Source of the DNA: Strigamia acuminata
Taxonomy: Eukaryota
Reading direction: 5' to 3'
DNA: 64,000 nt
Assembly (NCBI GenBank): GCA_949358305.1
Contig: OX442314.1
Span: forward strand, 17,112,001 to 17,176,000
The notes under the pieces are model-generated. The model was not told where the DNA came from and ran no database searches. It was given only the letters and a program-made list of their open reading frames with translations. Both the position numbers and the translations under genes were made by a program. This document shows positions 36,472 to 48,400 of the stretch, one piece after another (positions within the stretch are counted from its first letter, which is position 1; each line of letters opens with the position of its first letter).

Positions 36472-39400
36472 CTATTGGGTTTTCTCCTTGAGGCCGAGCG
36501 AGTGGTCCGACGCGCTCATCGTGGGCATGGTTGCATAGTTTCTAATTTGGTGCAAAGAAATGAGCTGATTTGGAAAAGAACTACCCGCGGGTTTCACGTC
36601 CATCGAAGACACCTGGCCGGGCGCCTTGGGGAAAGTAACAGGTTCGTAGGGGAAGTAGGACCGAGACGAACCGGGCATGGACAACTGTGACGTCGAAGTG
36701 ATAGGCAACATAGCCTGGATCGGGGTAAAGGCGGACGACGAGGTCTTACCGGCAGACGAGCCGATCGGACCGTCGTAAGGAACCTGCGATCCGGGCAAAT
36801 GGCGCAGATCAGCGTGATCGGAAGCGGCACCGCCCATGGGCTGCCGGTGGTCGAGCGACTCGCGCACTGACGACAGGTGGAGACGCGAGTGCTCTCCCAG
36901 CGTGGACTGCAGACACGAGTCGTTGATGGAGGAGTCGTGTTGCGAGTGCTGAGCGGCGGCTCGCAGATGCGACACGGCATCGGCCACAACGTCCTGTGCC
37001 GTGGGTCCGGGCCCACTTTTCTGCCATGCATACGTGTCGTTGGGCGTCCGTACCGATGCTGCCATCATGACGGCTGATCCGACGCCGGCCGCACCTCGTT
37101 TCTCAGCTCTCTCGGCATGTTTTTGCAAGTGCTTGTTCAGATAAGTCTCTTGCGTGTAGGACTTGCCGCAAAACTGGCAGATGTGAGTCTTGAGGTGCTT
37201 CGACTCCTTGTGCTTGGGAATATGTTCGAGTAGACTGGCCTCGTCGGCGAAACACTTGTAGCAACTGTTGCACTTGTATGGTTTGTCAGTCTGATGGCAT
37301 CGAGAATGCGATTGCAAGTTGCTCAGTTGCGAGAACGCCTTGTTGCAGCCTGGATGTCGGCACTTGTACGGCTTGTCGCCCGTGTGCGTGCGGATGTGCT
37401 GCTGCAGGTGGGACAGTTGAGTGAACTTCCGCTGGCAGATCTCGCAGCGGTAAGGTTTGATGCCCAAGTGTATCCGCGTGTGCTGAGACAGGTACGAGGA
37501 GTTGGCGAAGGCCTTGGAGCATTGCGAGCACTTGTAGGGTTTTGCTTCGCGCATGTGTATCTGAGTGTGTAGCTGCAAGTCTGCCTTGGACCCAAAGATC
37601 TGCAAAGAGCACAGAAGAGACGGATGGATGAGTGAGGTCAAATCTCGCAGAGTGAGCATAGCAGAGGCACGAGGCCCCGAGTATTGCCACTCCCACCACA
37701 GAAAAAAGCCACGACAGTAATAGAACATGAGCTAACAACGACGTCAACCAAACGACCAAACGGTCGTTTCATTAACCTCGAGGATTTTATACAAATACTT
37801 TCAAATCATTATATACAATTCTCCAAATATATATAAACATTCTCATCTAATTTTTAATTTTTTAACGCAATCATTAAATAATTGCGATCCTTCTCTACTG
37901 GCTCAACAATTTTATATCCAACCCGTGATTGACCGTGATCGACTGATGTGATTGATTTTTTTTTACATTTTTTTATGCAGACACGCGGAGGATAGAGATG
38001 AAAACCAAGGCATGCAGCTGGACACGAATCAGATGACACGAGAAAAAAAGGATAGAAAAAAAGGGTGAGGAGGAGCAACAGGGAGACAAGTGCCATAATG
38101 ACATAACACCCACGACAAGGTGAAGAGGGGTGGGGTCGTGATGGTTTGAGGTGATGGGGGGGGGCATCCCCTTCCCCAGGGAGGATCGACAACTGGCATT
38201 GAGCGCGCGCTTTCATTCCCCAACACCTCCCCTCCGACACTTTAATGAGGGAGGTTTTCAACGCGAGGGGACAGCACAATGGTGATACTAGAATGTGGGG
38301 GGAGGGGGTCTTAGAAAAACCCTGGACTCGACTGCACAAGGCCAATCGTCACTCCCCCGACACACCCACGCTTCTTAACCCACCCCGAGAAGAATTTTTT
38401 TTTTAAATTCATTCAAAAAAAAAATATGTGAAAAAAAAAATGTGCAATGTGTAAATAGAGAATAAAAAGAGTGTTTAAGAAGAGATATCCTCACATCGAA
38501 GACACCTGATAGGGGCAGTATAAAAAGGGGACACGAAAAAAATACGCAGGGGCACCGAGTCGTCACTCACACACTAAACGACAGCACACACGAGCCAATT
38601 AACACATTCCCCCCTCACCCCAAAACACTTGAGGTAACTGCAGGATTCCACCTGACACACGCGAAATGCGCATCAGACATTCAAAACTTGAGATGTTTTT
38701 TCTCAACTTTTCTTAGACATTTTTTTTCTCAAATTTTACTGATAATTCCTAATTTTTATTTCTAATTTTTTTTTTTTACTTTAAAAAAAAATAAACAAAT
38801 CAACGAGTGAGGTCACCACGGTTGACTTTAGCCTTTGTAATCACATATTAACTTAATCTACTGACCTTTGAGACACTTTTTTAAAAAAAAAATTAAAAAA
38901 GAAAAATATTTCATTTAAAATAAAAAAAATAAATAAATAAATAAATAAAACTTTTTTGAAGTGGCTCGTCTCTCATCGGTCATTGGGAGCTGTCAAGTCG
39001 AGACCACACGAGAAAATTTGTAAGGTGTTTGGAAAGGGTTAATTCATAAGATAAACGAACGGGATTTATTCGGGATGTGAGGTTAAAAGGGTTAAGTGTT
39101 ATATTTTGACAAATTACGACTTTTCTAATTCCTATTTTAGGAACAGTATCTCCTACCTGTGGACACATCTTGCATTGGTATTTTCGGCCCGAACCGTTAG
39201 CGTGGGCGTGGGCGGCGGCTGCGGCAGCGGCGGCGTTCAGTGCCGGTTTGGCCACGGCATTTATGGGCTGTGGTACGACGAGCATGGACGAGCTCGTCGT
39301 AGCCGTGGACACCGGCGGGCTGTTGCTGCTGCTTCGGTTGCCGTGATTCCCGTAGATAGAGCCGTGCATACCTGGAGGTGGCGGCAGCGGTGCTTCCATG

Positions 39401-42400
39401 CTCCCCGGCCGAGGCTGATCGTCCAACGTACCTGCAAAAATATCACATCCACATCAACAAATAGCCGCGCAGAGCGCACCGGCAAATAAACACCACCAAC
39501 TGCTGCAAAAACGCAGTCGCGATACAAAAACTGCAAACACCCATGTTTTCTCCGCTCGCCCGCTCGTTCTTTTCTTTCTTTCTAATCACCGCGTCCAGTT
39601 TTAACCCACCGGCCAATGGGACTCGGTGGTGACCACGCCTCGAATCCCCACACTCAAACTACTCGAGGACCCTTTTCTTCTCCACCGTCACTTCATTTAC
39701 ATGCCACATTCAGATTATCATCGGCTCCTTTTTTTCTTGTTTGCAAAAGCCTAACAGGTTTCTAGAGTCGCCACTCGTGACTCGATCGCCACAAAACCAC
39801 ACCTGATTAAATAACAAGCGAAGCGACCCATCGCAACTATTTTAAGAAACGCTCTTTGTCTTAATTCTTTCTTATCGCCAAATTTATTCTCTTTATTTTC
39901 GCTCCGTCTATATCTATATCGTCTATCCAACAAGTTTGTTGATATTGTTTTCCTTTGCGTTTGCTTTTTTTCCTCCCGTCGATCGTAATTCATTTTTGCA
40001 ACTGTACCCGTATCAAAAATGGATCCTCTTAAACTTTTAAGAGATGTCATCAAACAGCAAGACGGCGGTAGTCATGACAACGGGGTTTCTTTCACATCAT
40101 ATTCAAATGGTATAGAACGCGCAACTCGCCTCCAAAAATGATGGTTGGACACACGGCGGCGCCGCGTCCATCATCCACTTTTGTTTGCTCATTAAACCTT
40201 AAAGAATTTAATTAGATTCCAATCCGAAAAGGCGCATTTCTCACTGCTAGAACGCTTTTCTCTCCACATTTCACATGTGGGAGGTACCCAAAAATAACTC
40301 GCGTACAGAGCGCTAAAGGGTCACCGAAAACAAAAACAAAAACAAAAAATCACTTACCGCCTGGATATTTGTTGCCATGACTCGATCCGTTTGTGCCTGC
40401 AAAAGAATTTCAAAAACAATTTTCATTTTAAAAAATAAACACATTAAAAAAAAAAATAAAATTCATTCCTCCATAAAAAAAAAAAATTAAAAAAAAAAAA
40501 TTAAAATAAAATAAAAAATTATTTTTTTTATTAATTAGAAAAAAAAAATTCAATTAAAATAAATAAATAAATAATGCACAGAACCGAGCGAGGAAGTTCC
40601 ACATATAAATAAACAAAGAGTTTAAAAAAGATTGAGCATCCATCCACAAGACCCCATCAGTAGCACCCCCCTAAATAAAGACGATGACAGTGCACAAGAC
40701 GCTATAAAAAGAACACCACAACGAACTTACCGCTAACATTTCGGAAAAACTCCCGTAACTTGAAGAGCGAACATAACTTCATCTCAATCATTTTGTCATC
40801 TTTAGCCATGGAAGAAGAAGAAGAAGAGGAAGAGGAAGAAGAAACGAGGCCCGGAGATGAGACGCCGCTTCTTTTCCTCACTTGATCCTGATGGGGAGGT
40901 CCTGAACTCCAAGAAGAACGCCACGAGATAAGAAGAGAGAGAGAGAGCAAATTCGGACGAGCGGGGGGCACCCACCGTGCAGGGGACCCCGCGGGCCAGT
41001 AGGGAGGGAGGGGGGCTCACGATGGCCCCTGCGCCTGAGCACACAGTGCACGGCGCGCGCTCCAAACACGCCACCGACCAGCGACGCCCTTTATCGATTG
41101 GCCGACGACGACGCAGCGAGCGGCGCGCGCGAAACGCCCACGCTGGCCAACCGAGCAGTGGACCCGACCGGCCAAGAGGGGGGGAGGAAGAAAACCAAAC
41201 CGAAAAAATAAATGTTGTTTTTTAAAAAAAAAAAAATGAAATGAAACGTCGGATTCGCTTGAAAATCAATAAACGAAAGGAAGGAAAAAAACAAACTCGG
41301 AGCCAAAGAGTTAAGGAATTCGGATTTGATTTTAAAAAACAAACAAATAAATAAAATAAAATAAAAAACTGTGGTAGGAGCAAATTAAGAGGGAGTTTTA
41401 CCTGAGACACAGGTGGTACGAATAAACCTCGAGCAAATGGGGCGGAGAGTGGGGGCGGCCAAAGAAAAAGACCGAACGCCGTGGCTCTCCCATGGCAGTC
41501 TCAGCGTCGGACGCGGCTCATCACACGACTGACACGTGCGTCGGCGACTCGCGCCAAAGAGCGAATGAGACCGCAAAGCAACATGGGAATCGTGGTCAAC
41601 TCGGGTGAAGTCGACCGATGGTCGCGGGGTGGACGCGCATTCACCTCCGCCCACTCAATGGACCCGCCCGTTGACCACTCCAATCCACCCCCGTCTTAAA
41701 TTAATTGACCCATTTCACGCTGCCCTTCCTTCCCCACCCACGCGCATTCTCTCGTCAGCGTCCGTCTCGACCACGCCCAGCTCAACCCGAGACAGACGCC
41801 AGCGTTCGGACTCGACACCACCAACATTTCCAAGGGGTGAGTGTGGCCGCATGCCACAGCAAGGCGGCCGCCATGGCGTGGCCGAGCTGGTCGATCAACC
41901 TGCCTACAGCAACGTCTCCTTCCATAATTACATATCACCACCCCCGCGTCCCCGACCCTGCACGATTCGGACACTGTCGCCAGGGACGACTCACCACGGC
42001 GTCTCCTCACCACGTGTCGTTCCTTATTCGGTCGACGACCGCGTGCGTCTCAGCTGAGCCTCCTTCGCTCTACGGGGGTCCGTCTTCCCATTTTACACTG
42101 CGCGCTCGATACGAGGGGCCCGTGCTTATCTCGCACCTGTGCCCACGGACGCTCGGGGACCCTCCCGAAACCGCTCCCAGGACCTCGCTGGCCCCCGCTT
42201 TCATTTCTCACTTTGCATTCTACTCACTTTTCAACTCTTGATCCTCCACCATGGCCATACTCTTAGCGTCGACACATTTTCAAAATGGAGGGAGGCCGCA
42301 TCGTCACTGGAGAGAATAACCGATCATCCTCCTCCGCCACCCCAACCTGTTCCACGCCTTTACTACCCTCTTATTTTTTTCAATATTTCCTCCCAGACCC

Positions 42401-45400
42401 GAAATTGAATTTTTTATCTCCGAAAGAAAAGATGGAAAAAAAAAAAAATCTATAATTTTTTTTTCTTCCATTTGTTTTTCTTCAAATAATAATACTAATC
42501 ATCAATTTTAACAATAATAATAATAATAATAATAATGATATTGAAGGGATGATAAAAAAGAAGAAAAAACTCAATCCGTCTCGTTCATTTCACTTAAATA
42601 ATTTAATTCCGACTATCAAATCAGGTAAATTTTTGAAATTGTTTCATAAAGAAATATTAATTCCTCTTATATAAGCAGTCGCGTCCTCTAACACGAGGAA
42701 AATTCCGCCTCACACGTGCACTTTTCAGTCACCTGTCACATCAACTCTTTTGCCAGACCTCAAAATCATTTTTTTTCCTCTTTTCGAACACAAATTTCTT
42801 CTTTCCTAGAAGGTAATAGCTTCACTTCCGGTCAAACTTCCGGTTGGACAAAGCATCGCCTTTACATGGCTGTCGTTACTTTTATTCTCCTTAGCAACCG
42901 ACAGTCGGTCAACAACGCAGTTGCCATGACAACGAGGTCGGGCGGGAAAGAAAATCGAGTACAGTTTTGAGACACGTGGTGGCGTATCTGTGCGTGGATT
43001 CGTTCGGTGGCTATTGCAGTTGTTTTCTTTATTGATTTCACCTCGGCTCGAACGAAGAATTGAGGGAAACCACAGAAAAAACAACATGGACGACAATAAG
43101 ACTTGAGGTTCCTCGCTCGGTTCAACAAAAAGCTATTTATAGATGCAGCATCCGACTCCAATGCCAGATGCTAAATTAAACAAGTTGAAAAAAAAAAGGA
43201 GAAAAAAAAAATTGAACTTACCCTTGGGCATGAGGCCATGCTGGTCAGTTGAATTCATCTTGGTCTAAAAAGAAAAAAAAGAAAAAAAATGGCGACATTT
43301 AATGACATGTGAGAATCGTATGGTAAAACTCTCGGTATAAAGGTTAAAGAACATTTTCGTTTTAAATTTGGTTGAAAAAAGTTTCAATTTTGTCGAAAAG
43401 TTTAAATTTAAATTTAAATTTAAATTCGATAATTTCTGTTTTTTTTTTTCCTTTCATATTTTTAGAAATTTAAAAATTAAAAAAAAATAAAAATGGAAAA
43501 AAAATAATAAAAATTGAATTACTTTTAATAGCCACCACTAGGGAATTTAAGAAATCGACAACACAGAGAGTAATTAGAAAAATTAAAAGTGAATTCAAAT
43601 CACCATGACAACCGTCTACCGATCCAGACGCACGTTGCCATGACTACGGGGTAGTAACGTTGACATTTTGCAAAAAGAAGAAAAAATGAAACAAGCACCA
43701 ATGACAGTTCCATCATGGCGACGTATGATTCAAAAGAAAAAAAAGAAAAGAGAACCAGTTCGCAAAAACGCCCCCTAAGACGATCGATAAACGCTTCACG
43801 TCATAGATAGCTTTCGAGGCACTACTGGCTCCTCGTGGCAGATTTGCGAACTAGTCAACTTCTCGCCATCGCCGCTAGGGCGGCGCAAGATGGCGGACCC
43901 TTAAAAAACGAGCGAATTGTGAAATTTTATAGTTAATAAAACAACCGTTAGAGATACCGACCTCAACTCCGTTCCACATGTAGTGTACATCGTGGGGCGG
44001 ATGTGGGGTGTTCATGTGTGGATGCTCCGCCATCATAGACATCCAATGCACTAAACCCGAAGTGGCCGGCGACGGTGGGCGAGCGTTTGCCGATAAAGCG
44101 GACGACTTGACATGGGGATCGGGCGCCGGCGACCACACGAGGGCTGCCTTCTGAAAAACACACGCAAAAAAACATTAAAAATATACACTTTTAAAACGCA
44201 CTTACGTACCAAACTACACATACAACAAGATTTTAAGAAAAAAAAAATCGAAATGATAGTGTAAACTAACGGACGTAGATCGAAAAAAAAGCTCCGTCAT
44301 CTGTTACGAGAGTACATAGTCAGGAGAGTTGATAAGGAGAGCGAGCATTAGAAAGTGCTGGCGCCACGCGGCAGAAAGTGCAAACTGCACAGAGGAGGCG
44401 ACCACATTCCAGAGGAACCGAATGCAGTAGAGCGAAACCGACGCGCAACATTTTGTACTCACGCGTCCAAATGACTATGAAAGACCGGTTTGGCGGGAAA
44501 AAACACCACGGCCATGAACGCCGAATGGACGCAGGACGTGACCACACGGATGGATGAACACAAAAGAACAGAAATGGACACGATACAAAAAAAGCGCATA
44601 CATGACGACACACCTGATGATGATATTCGCAAAATCGAACAAAACAAACACGCCATAATATGGAAAGCCGGGCGCTAAATCTATTGACGTAACTATTGAG
44701 AACTGAAACTTCAACAGGATTTTAAGGGCAACGACAACAACAAGTGGTCCGAAATGGGGACACGTAGACTGGGCGGGACGTTTACACCTGACAGGTGATT
44801 TTTGGACAAATTCCTCATCCGATGACCATTATTATCGAGGCGAAAGACGCTAAGGAAGATGGAAGCCGAGGAATGCCACCTGCTGTCATCGCGGACATTG
44901 GCCCCGTGGCCGCGGGCTCGGGCCACACCCTTTTCCTGCGTCCCGAACCGAACGGCAACAATCAGTCTCTAATTCGCACCCCCGGGAAGTGCACAAATGC
45001 CCACATATCGAGTCTAAAAATGTGAAATGACGTCACCGCGCATGACGAATCCTCCCAAGACCTCGCTCTACTTGAATCGCCAAAGAATGACCCATTGGAG
45101 CAGGGGGGAAAAGAAAAAAAGAAAAAAAGAAAGAAAAAAACTCGAATTAAAACATTAGTCGCGTTTGCAATAAATAAAAAGGTGAAGTAGGAGAAAACGA
45201 AATAGTCGTCGAGTGGTCAAGCTAGTTACTTCCGGTCGTACTCACAAATCTCCACTTTTTTTTCCCTCGTTTCGAGACGCCCTCGTGCGTTGAATTATGG
45301 GCGCAAAAATCTCGCGTGTTTTCCCTTGCACTCCCCCCTCCTTTCCCCCTGCAACCTCCCGATCCCCCGCCTCACCCAACTTGATTTATGCGTCCGTTCA

Positions 45401-48400
45401 GGAAACCTCCAACGCCGCACGTAAGAAAATTATTTACCACCCCACCACAAGAAAAAGATGGACGAGGGAAATGAAGGAATTAAAAAGAATCCACACGCGG
45501 ATAAAAAATAAAAAACAATAAAAAAAAAAAACAATAAAAAAAAACACCTGCAAACAAATAATCATTCAAAATAACATTAGATGAACGTTTATGGGTTATT
45601 GCGGAAAACCCACGGCGGCAAAACGCAAAACTTTTCAACACCGAACTCCTTAAAACACCCACAACCCAAGAAAAGGGGAGGAGAAGACTAGGAGAAGAGC
45701 CAGACACCAGACAGAAAAAAACTCGACCTGGAGAAGAGGGGGAAAGAAGAAAAAGAAGGAAAAAAACACTCGTCCTCCCTTCACCCTCTTGCTGCGCTCA
45801 CCCACCCTCCCTCCCTCGCCATCACCACTACCCGCACAACTTACCCACACACGCAGGAATGACTCATTTAGAAAAAAGAGGGGAACCAGTGAAAAGTTGT
45901 TTTATTTTGACCTCCACTTGACGCCATCTTGAAATTTTTTAACCAAAAAAAGAATAGAGGAGGGGATAAGTTAGGAATTTGCGGAGGGGGGAAAAATTCC
46001 TTCATAAAATTATAAAAGTTGAATCATTTTGAATAAAAAAAAAGAAAAAGAAAAAAATAACCAAAGTTTCTCAACCTTTATATCCCACCGAGACCCAGTC
46101 GCAACTCCCACTCGGTGTCCCCTCTAACCACCACCCGACTCCTGTTTCTCCCTCCGCCCTTAGTGATGCAATTTCATGTACGAGGGGAGCGAGGGGCAAA
46201 GGAACGTCCAGCAAGTGGTGGCTAGTTGTTTATGACGTAATAAAATAACGTGTTAGTCCCAATCAAATCGGTGGAATTTGCTTTTGCCGCCATTTTTATA
46301 CGAGGGGGTCGTGAAACTGAGGGATGAGCCGAGAAAAATGAAGTTGAGGGAAGAAATGAAAAGAGGGAAAAGAATTCGCTCGTTTATTAGCCCCGGCATC
46401 TTATTCCTGTTATTTATTGACGAGAGACACACGGAATGAAATTCCAAGAGACAACAACCACGTGACAAAACCAGCACGTGATTGAATATTTTGTGAAATT
46501 AAAAAAATAAATCCACGTCTCAAAAACAAAAAAAAAAAAACGGAAAAAAATTTTTTTTTTTCGTAAATATATCAAACCCAAAAAAAAAAGTTTATAAAAA
46601 AAAAGTTAAATAGAAACCAACAACCCTCACACACGAAAAAAAAAATTAATGCGCGCGCAACGACCTTGAAGAGGGGAAAAAGCAGAAAAAAAGGTAACGC
46701 AGCTGACGAGCAAACGCCAGAACGTTGCAACACCCCCACCTCACCATCCTTCCCTCCCTTCCCTTCCCTCCTTCCACCCCAAACAACACACATACCCACC
46801 CACCCGAAAAGGGCAACGCCCTTTGTAGAGGAAGAAGAAATGAGACTGACCACTTTGTGGAGAAGAAGTCCTTGTGGAGGTCCACGTCTAGCATGGCGTT
46901 ACAGGGATGGAGAGTGACCTTTTCCTACGGCAGGAAGTTGGGATTTTAGTGGCCACTTCCTCGGGCGAAAACAAATTAAAAAACGAGCGCCACAAACATC
47001 GAACCAGCGCCAACAACTCGCAGCACAACGCCAGCTACAGAGGGCACGCGGAGCTGCGACTGGGCTCTCTCGTCCCTCCGAAGGCCATAAAAATTCCCGC
47101 CTGAGGTGAGGGCAAGTGCGTGCGTGGCGTCTCAGTCCACTCCACTCCACGCACCTCCCTTTCCCTTACTTTTTCTTTCCTTCCACCCCCGTCTCGTTTT
47201 CATTTGGCCCCACGCTGCAACTGCTCGACTTGATCCTCGTGCTGGTGGATCTTAATTACTCCTTCAACCCCGACCAGAAAGTCAATTGGTCCCCTCTCAA
47301 TGGAAACTCACGATGCCCAACCAACCAACCCCACCCCCCGCTCCATTCCAATAGCCAGGGGGCGCTGGTGTCCTTGATGGGGCCAGGGACTAATTGAGGC
47401 GAGCAAGAAAATTATTTGAGGAGGATGAGAAGCCAAAATAAACGAAACAGACGCCGCGCCCCAACGCAACCACCAAACGAGAAATGGAACAGGAAGAAAA
47501 AGGAATTTTACTCGTTTCGAGAAAGAACGAAAAAGAGAAAAAGAAAATAAAGAAAGAAAAAGAGAAAAAAACAACTACTGGCACTGGGGCTTGTGCCTGC
47601 TGCTGCTGCGAGCTAGTTATCGCTGCGGCAGTAACATTTTCTCGCACGGAAAAACTTGGTCGTAACATTCAAAAGGCACTTGCCGTGTTTGTAAGAGGGT
47701 ACTAAACATTTGACCGTTTCATGCCGTGTCGTGATTTTCTGGTTCAAATCCTCATAATGAGTAAAAAAAACCAGCGCTTCGGGAGAGAAAAAAATATTTA
47801 CAGCCTTTCTTGTTTGTCATAACCTACTAATGTTGTTTATTTTTCTCATTCAATTTTTTTCTTTCTACGCAGTAAACAGTAGCGTCGTAATATTTCAATT
47901 ATTTATAAATTAAACTGATCGTTACGCCTATAAACAATTAATGAATTTTATTCAACAAAAAAAATTACTTTTCAGTTGAATTTAGAATGGTTTGGTTCTA
48001 AAAAATTGTTTTAAAAATCCGGATAGATTTTTTTTAAAAAAAATATTCTTTACGGGTTTTCACGAATAATCTGTTAGATAAGGTCCAGAATCGACTTTTA
48101 TCAATATCGAATCTAAACACTCCATTCACCCAAACTGGAAATGGTCTTGAAAAATCAATGTATTGACCGTTAATTATCCAATCAAGAACTTTTCGCTTTC
48201 GTATACCGGTAGAACATAAAGTATTAACTACTTTTTTTTTAGGTTGTTAAATACGTTTGATTTATCGATATTTTACTCCGCATACAAATTTCTACACTTT
48301 TGACATTTTGAAAAATTTGTGTTCTATTTACATCGCATTAATTTTTTTATAGGCCTATCCGTTGCATTTTAATTCCATCATTTACTTTAAAGTTCCTGAA

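Noticed and set aside
36460..36477. Stop-codon readthrough context CAA TAG CAG at the rn stop
   Set aside because: Imperfect CARYYA context, and a TGA follows after three codons.
37600..37728. N-terminal 43 aa of the 418-aa ORF
   Set aside because: Intronic sequence upstream of the acceptor at 37600; the exon starts at 37599.
19979..39095. Long-range RNA pairing (AACCCTTT/AAAGGGTT, TGGTCTCG/CGAGACCA) between the intron after the shared exon and the dati acceptor region
   Set aside because: Only 8-9 bp blocks of a motif that recurs across the locus; more simply explained as DNA-binding sites unless covariation is shown.
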